64,000 bases of DNA, taken from assembly GCF_009914755.1 (NCBI RefSeq), contig NC_060942.1. One strand, given 5' to 3'. Of the stretch, positions 54,701 through 64,000 are shown piece after piece. The position numbers were made by a program, and so were the translations under genes. Below the pieces are notes generated by a model, which worked only from the letters and a program-made list of their open reading frames with translations, made no database searches and was not told the DNA's origin. The first letter of the stretch is position 1; each line of letters opens with the position of its first letter. Origin of the DNA: the human T2T-CHM13v2.0 reference genome, Homo sapiens.

Positions 54701-54928
54701 TATAATTTTTTATTCAGTGATGAAATAAACAATAAACAAAACAACATGGGAATGCCATAAATGCGTATTGCTAAGAGAAAGAAGTCAGTCTGAGAAGGTT
54801 GCATACTATATTATTCCATTTTGTGACATTCTGGAAAGACAAAACTATAGAGACAATGAGCAAATCAGTGGTTGCTGTGGGTTTGCAGAAGGATGAGGGC
54901 TGACTAGGTGAAGCACATATTTTTTTAG

Positions 54929-55326
<398 letters not shown>

Positions 55327-55441
55327 TCAAAACCCAAAGGACTCCACAGCACAAAATAATATATGCAAATTTGAAAAAAACGACCGACAGAACAGGGTTC
55401 TAGGATGAAATGAAGATTGTGACAAAAGAATATACAGTCAT

Positions 55442-55660
55442 AGCCTGGGTAGCATAGCGATACCCTGTCTCTACAAAAAAAATACAACAATTAGCCAGGC
55501 ATTGTGGTGCACAACTGTAGTCCCAGCTACTTGGGGGACTGAGGTGGCAGGATTGCTTGAGCTTGGGAGGTTGAGGCTACAGTGAGCCTGTGTTCACACC
55601 ACTGCACTCCAGACTGGGCAACAAAGTGAGACCCTGTCTCAAAAAAAGAAAACAAAAAAG
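55442..55660 (+). mobile_element. 5'-truncated AluJ
   Basis: TSD aaaagaatatacagtcat overlaps the Tigger3 terminus. Confidence 0.88.
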
Positions 55661-55665
55661 AATAT

Positions 55666-56514
<849 letters not shown>

Positions 56515-57194
56515 TAACTATATTACAAATGTGTGATATAACTTCACTGAAGGTGTCAGGAGAAAGAAATGCTGATGTTAAGTAACTTTGGAAATGCGGG
56601 AAACTATAAAACTAAAGATAAAAGGAACTATATGTACAAGCACTGTGCTCCAGTTGATAAAGTTGCTAACCGTGGAGGTACAGGTTAACTATCCTGAAAC
56701 CATTCTACATGCATATTGGGATTGGGCAAATAGGTAAATGGTTGGTGGATGATGGGAACCAAGTCACTTTTGGAGTAGAAGGTTACAGACAAGCAAGAGA
56801 GAAAGGCTGAAAGGAGCCACGTGGTACTGAATTAGACTTGAGGACATCGGTATGAACTCATGTTTGGCTTAATATAGATATTGATAGGCAGATATAGAAG
56901 TAATTATAATTTGTGTATATGCAAGGGTTACTATATATACATATATATACACATACATATATGTATATACTTCCTAATCATGTTCACGGGGAGGGTCTAG
57001 AGACAATGATACCCAGCATCAATGAACACACCTAGCCTAGGTCTTGGTTTCTAAATACTATTCTCCAGTTTTAAAAAACCTAGAAATGGATGATTCTATG
57101 GCTCGGGCAGTGAATATACAGGATGAACCAGGAGTATCCTGCAGAGCCAGAAAGTAAGGAAGTGCTTACAAAGCAAATCAGCAGGTATATATCA

Positions 57195-57721
<527 letters not shown>

Positions 57722-58539
57722 TCAAAGAAGTAGAGCATAATCTCCACCCTTGGGCATGGGCTGTGCATGGTGACTTCCTTCCAAAGGGTACATACTATAA
57801 GGAAACGGTAAAATTATTCACAGTAAAATCATTCACTCTGGAGAAACCTGACAAACACCACCTCAGCCAAGTGGTCAAGGTCAACATCATCAGTGATAAG
57901 CAATGTTTGATAGTATCAACCCTTGATATGTTTAATTTGTGATGAAGTTGATGAAAATGACACTTTCCCTCTGTGGTCTTCCTTCTAAAAACATGTAACC
58001 CTGGTCTAACCATGAGAAACGCACCAGACAAACCTCACTTGAGGGACATTTTTCAAAATATCTGACCAGTACTTCTGAAAACTGTCAAGACAATCAAAAA
58101 AGGAAAGTCTGAGAAGCTGTCACAGCTGAGAGAAGCCTAAGGAAACATGACAATGAAATATAACTTGGTATCCTGGATGGGGTCCTGGAAAAAAGAAAAA
58201 AAGGATGTTGGGGAAAAACTAATGGAATCCAAATAAAGTATGGGTTTTAGTGAATAGTAATATGTCAATGTTGGCTCCTTAGTTGTGACAAGCATACCAT
58301 AGTAATCTAAGATGTTAACAGTGGAGAAAATTGGATGTGGGGTGTATGGGAACTCTGTACTATCCTTGAAACTTTTCTATGAACATATGTATTCTAAAAT
58401 TAAAAGTTTATGTAAAAACGCATTATTATGCCCAAAGGGCTGCTTCTCTCTGGAGTAAAGATTGGAAGGAATGTCAGAGGTAAGGGACAGCCGCCTGTGT
58501 GCCCCAGTTAGTACTGTAACTAGGATAGAGAGCTTGGGG

Positions 58540-59145
58540 TTAAAACTGCCCCCGGAGAGTTAAAGAAACAATGACTAACAGAAATTCTTGGGCTTACAAG
58601 ATAGCAGATAAGAAAAGAAACAAAGTTTAAACTGAAACTACGCCCCAAAGAGTAAGAAACCAATGACTAACAGAAATTCTTGAGTTTGCAGGATGGCAGA
58701 TAAAAAGAAACCATTTGTTGAAATGCTGACACTCCCTCAGCTTGTGAGATTTCAAAACTGGCTGAAATCGGTTGGAACCAAAATGGCCAACTGGATTTTG
58801 CACAGAACAGGCTTGCTGATGTCACAGCCCATGTTTCCACCATGTGTTTCATACTAACTCCCCCTGAAATTTATACACGCAACTCATGAGGTGGCAGTTA
58901 TCAAGAGATAACTGTGCATGTCCGAGGAGTTTCCAGACCTCCCCTTTCCTTCCACCAATTATCTACTAATCCCGGAATCCACCCCCTAATCCTTTCCTGA
59001 TAAGATTACCGCCTTGAAGCCAGCACAGGGAGACAAATTTGAGCTGGGCTGGTCTCTTTGCTAGTTGACTTGCAATAAAAAGCTTTGCTTTTTCATAGTA
59101 TTGCCTTCTAGTGCCTCAGACGTTACCCTTTTTTACTTGATAATA
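58540..59145 (+). mobile_element. ERV solo LTR (LTR47-like) with duplicated 5' segment
   Basis: Two copies of aaactgcccc..agagttaaagaaa.caatgactaacagaaattctt; AATAAA at 59074. Family name is from memory. Confidence 0.65.
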
Positions 59146-59689
59146 GGGTTAAGATTCTTTTACCTCCAAATCTTAATTTGGAGATATGATTTCTAGCAGG
59201 GCTCTTTTCTTACAAAATTCCACAAAATGCACCCACTTTGCATCTTACTGTGTTGATTAGTGGTGATCCATATTAAATTTCTGCCTCCCCATTGCCTATC
59301 CATTAGGCTAAATAACCAAGAGTCTGAATCTTTATAGGGAGCATATTTTTATTATTCCACAGTAAATTGGTGGGCACTGGAGTATATGTAGTACTAAAAA
59401 AAAAAAGCCCTTAATGTATAAACATGCTCTCTTTAACTCTCTGAGATGGTTGAATTTTTAATAAGGTAGCAAAAGGAGTGAATTGCAGACTAACTTCACT
59501 TTAAACTATTTCCTCGTATTAGAATTCTCATTGAATTAAATCCTCCAAAGTTTTAGTACTATAAATAATAGTACTAAAAAAATTATTATACAATAAAAAT
59601 ATTATTGCTATTACTATTATTACTGATTTGGGGCTGTAAAGGAGGCAGTCTCAGAATCAAAAGTTCAGAAGTTTATATTTAAATATATC

Positions 59690-60345
59690 ACCAGGAGAAA
59701 TCGGAAAAGAGAAAATGATAGATTTGACTACACAAAAATGGAAGCATCTATGTATTGTTCCCAAAATATCATCAATGAAATTAAAAGGGAAACTGAGAAA
59801 AAACTATGACAATGACTGGTAAAAGGAAATTATATATAAGTACATATGCTAAGAAAATTAATATATATGGATATGCCTTCCCTTCAAGAAATATTAAGCA
59901 AAGGCCATGATATAGCAATTTGTAAAGAAAGAAATGGAAATTGATGATAAATATTTTTAAAATTTCAATAAAGAAATGCAAATTGTTACTAATAACATAC
60001 TAATGTTCAGTCAAGAAATGCAAATTGTTAATAATGACAACTTTTTTGTCCATCAATTGCACTTTAATACCTTGCTGATAGAACAGCTTTTCTTAAGAAC
60101 ATTTGGCAATATCTATCAAAAAGTCTCTGGAATGTCTGCTAATTGATCTAGGGATTCCATTTTTATAATTTTTCTAAGAAGAAAATTAGTATGTGGAAAG
60201 ACTTCTTCATAAATAAGTTTATTACTACATTGTTTATAATAGTAAAGAATCAAAACCAACTTTTACCCACCAATAGAAAATTATTTAAATAAACTATAAT
60301 TCATCCATTCGAAAGAACACTAATCAGCCATTAAAAATGGTTATA
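59690..60345 (+). mobile_element. L1ME-like fragment
   Basis: gatagatttgactacacaaaaat, aaagaaatgcaaatt, cagccattaaaaatg. Confidence 0.65.
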
Positions 60346-60348
60346 TAG

Positions 60349-61002
60349 GTCAGGGGTTGGCAAACTATGGCCCATTGGTCAGCTGCCCTTTTTTGTAAAT
60401 AAAGTTTTATTGGGACACAGCCGTGCCCATACATTTATGTACTGTGTGTGGCTTCTATATCTGCTGCTAGTTTGCTAGGGCCGCTGTAACAAACCACCAC
60501 AAATGGGGTGGCTTCAACAACAGAAATGGATTGTCTCACAGTTCTGGAGGCTAGAAATCCAATCGAGGTGTTCTGAGAGCTGTGAGTGAAGGATCTGTTC
60601 CAGGCCTCTCTCCTTGGCTTGTAGATGGCCGTCTTCTCCCCATGCCTCTTCACATTGTCTTCTCACTGTGCATGTCTGCGTCCACATTTCCCCCTCTTTA
60701 TAAGGATATCAGTCATACTGGATGAGGGGCCCCACTCTACTCTTATATAACTTCATCTTAACTAGTTATATCTGCAATCACCCTATTTCCAAAAACGAGG
60801 TCACATTCTGAGGTACTGGGGATTAAGACTCCAGCATATGAATTTTGGGGGGGCACGCTGAACCCATAATAGCTGCTTTCGTGCTACTGTTTCATGTGTT
60901 CATACTCAACAGCAGAGTTGAGTAGTTCTGACAGAAGTGTGGTCTGTGAAGTCTGAAATAGTTATCTGCCCCTTACGGAAAAACTTGCTGACTCCTGCTA
61001 TA
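60349..61002. mobile_element. MER58A split by an MLT1-type LTR (~60460-60870)
   Basis: caggggttggcaaactatggccc...ttgctgactcctg termini. Internal MaLR LTR (gggccgctgtaacaaaccaccacaaa...gaattttggggg). Confidence 0.85.
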
Positions 61003-61051
61003 GGTGAGCATGTTTTGACATGAAAAATACTCAAAATCTGTCCTAAAGAAC

Positions 61052-61187
61052 ATTTATTTATTTACTTATTTATAGACAGGATCTTGCTATGTTGCCTAGG
61101 CTGGACTCCAATTCCTGGGCTCAAGCAATCCTCCTGCCTCGGCCTCCAGCATAGCTGAGACTACAGGCATGTGCTATCCTGCGGGGC
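61052..61187 (-). mobile_element. Alu monomer (FLAM-like)
   Basis: Single-arm Alu sequence. Confidence 0.8.
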
Positions 61188-61302
61188 CAAAAACATTTAT
61201 TTTTATGGTAATATAATATTTCACTTATTCTGTTCATTATTAACTAATATCTGAGAACATTTACAATATTAATGAGACTTAATCTAGGAGGAGTTCAAAT
61301 TA

Positions 61303-61592
<290 letters not shown>

Positions 61593-61673
61593 TAAATTTA
61601 TTTTTCTTTATGTCTCAGTACCATCTAAATAAGAGAGATAGTCAAAATAATTATGGTCAAACTTATGATGTCA

Positions 61674-62078
<405 letters not shown>

Positions 62079-62576
62079 TTACTTTGATGATAAGAGTATC
62101 TCTTAATGCTGGGATGGCCTCTTCCTGGCATTTCTTCCATTGTTGATTTTTAGTTTAGTAGTCTGTGATTGCCTGAATGGAGTTGAGTGGAGAGGGATTC
62201 ATCATGTTAATTCCAAACACGAGTTCCTGGCCAATGACTAAAATAAGTAATAAGGAGGGAGACACATAACACAACTGCCCAGTGTTTTTGATGCCAATAG
62301 GTTAAGCCTAAGGATTTTCACCAAAATTCAGAAATAACATCTCATAATAAAATAAGCACTGTGTTCTCTGCACAAGCATAGACCGAGGGACTCAAGGTAC
62401 AAGGGAGGAAAAATTGAGGAGAGGCCCAAGGCCCTGAGGTGCCCTCCCCATTCCCTGCCCTACCCGCATTACAGGCGCCCGGTGACCTTCACTGGAGGAA
62501 ACATGGAAATACATTCTTAAGTGAAAATGATTACAAAATAGTATATTTTCTGGAAAATTATCTCATCTGAAAATAT

Positions 62577-63199
<623 letters not shown>

Positions 63200-63205
63200 T
63201 ATCTA

Positions 63206-63695
<490 letters not shown>

Positions 63696-64000
63696 ATTTT
63701 TGTGCATAATATTGTCTTTGTAAGGGTGTGGTAGAAATGGCTTTACATGCAGTGTTTATTCCAACTTCCTTCTGGTGTCCTTCTTTGTTCCTTCTGGGAA
63801 CAAAAAGTCATGTTCCCTTGACTCCCTTGCAGCTGAGTCGCTGGGTATGAATTAGCATCCACCAGTAGATGAACCTTCTTGAGAAGGAGGCCACAGTATC
63901 AGCTCTGCCTCAGTCTGCGGGGGTTCAGTGGGGGTTGGAACAGATGACCAGAACTCATCTCCATCTCTGGGCTCAGAGGGAGTTGGGGCTGGGGCGGACT

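Noticed and set aside
63700-64000. Start of the neighbouring TXNDC2 gene
   Set aside because: No thioredoxin or Sptrx repeat coding sequence is visible; any such gene lies beyond the window.

Overview
Primate (human or close hominid) genomic DNA containing the 3' half of RAB31 on the + strand. Bases 1-27047 are intronic, the penultimate coding exon is 27048-27157, and the last exon starts at 40694 (stop 40791, C-terminal -RRCC). The ~3.2 kb 3' UTR ends after AATAAA at 44000, and ~20 kb of repeat-rich downstream DNA follows. Most listed ORFs are artefacts of Alu, L1, L2, LTR and simple repeats. Two features stand out. First, a divergent, GC/CpG-rich, frameshifted, intronless cTAGE5/MIA2-family retrogene relic is nested in the RAB31 intron (~13396-15010); it keeps the TM and coiled-coil regions but lacks most of the proline-rich tail. 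Second, a single TSD-bounded chimeric insertion (26216-26468) joins a 5'-truncated AluY to a circularly permuted, tailless 5S rRNA fragment. Also present are a full-length 7SL pseudogene, a 122-bp exon-like local duplication, two minisatellites and several nested TE clusters. Repeat subfamily names and protein comparisons come from recalled consensus sequences, not from a database search.
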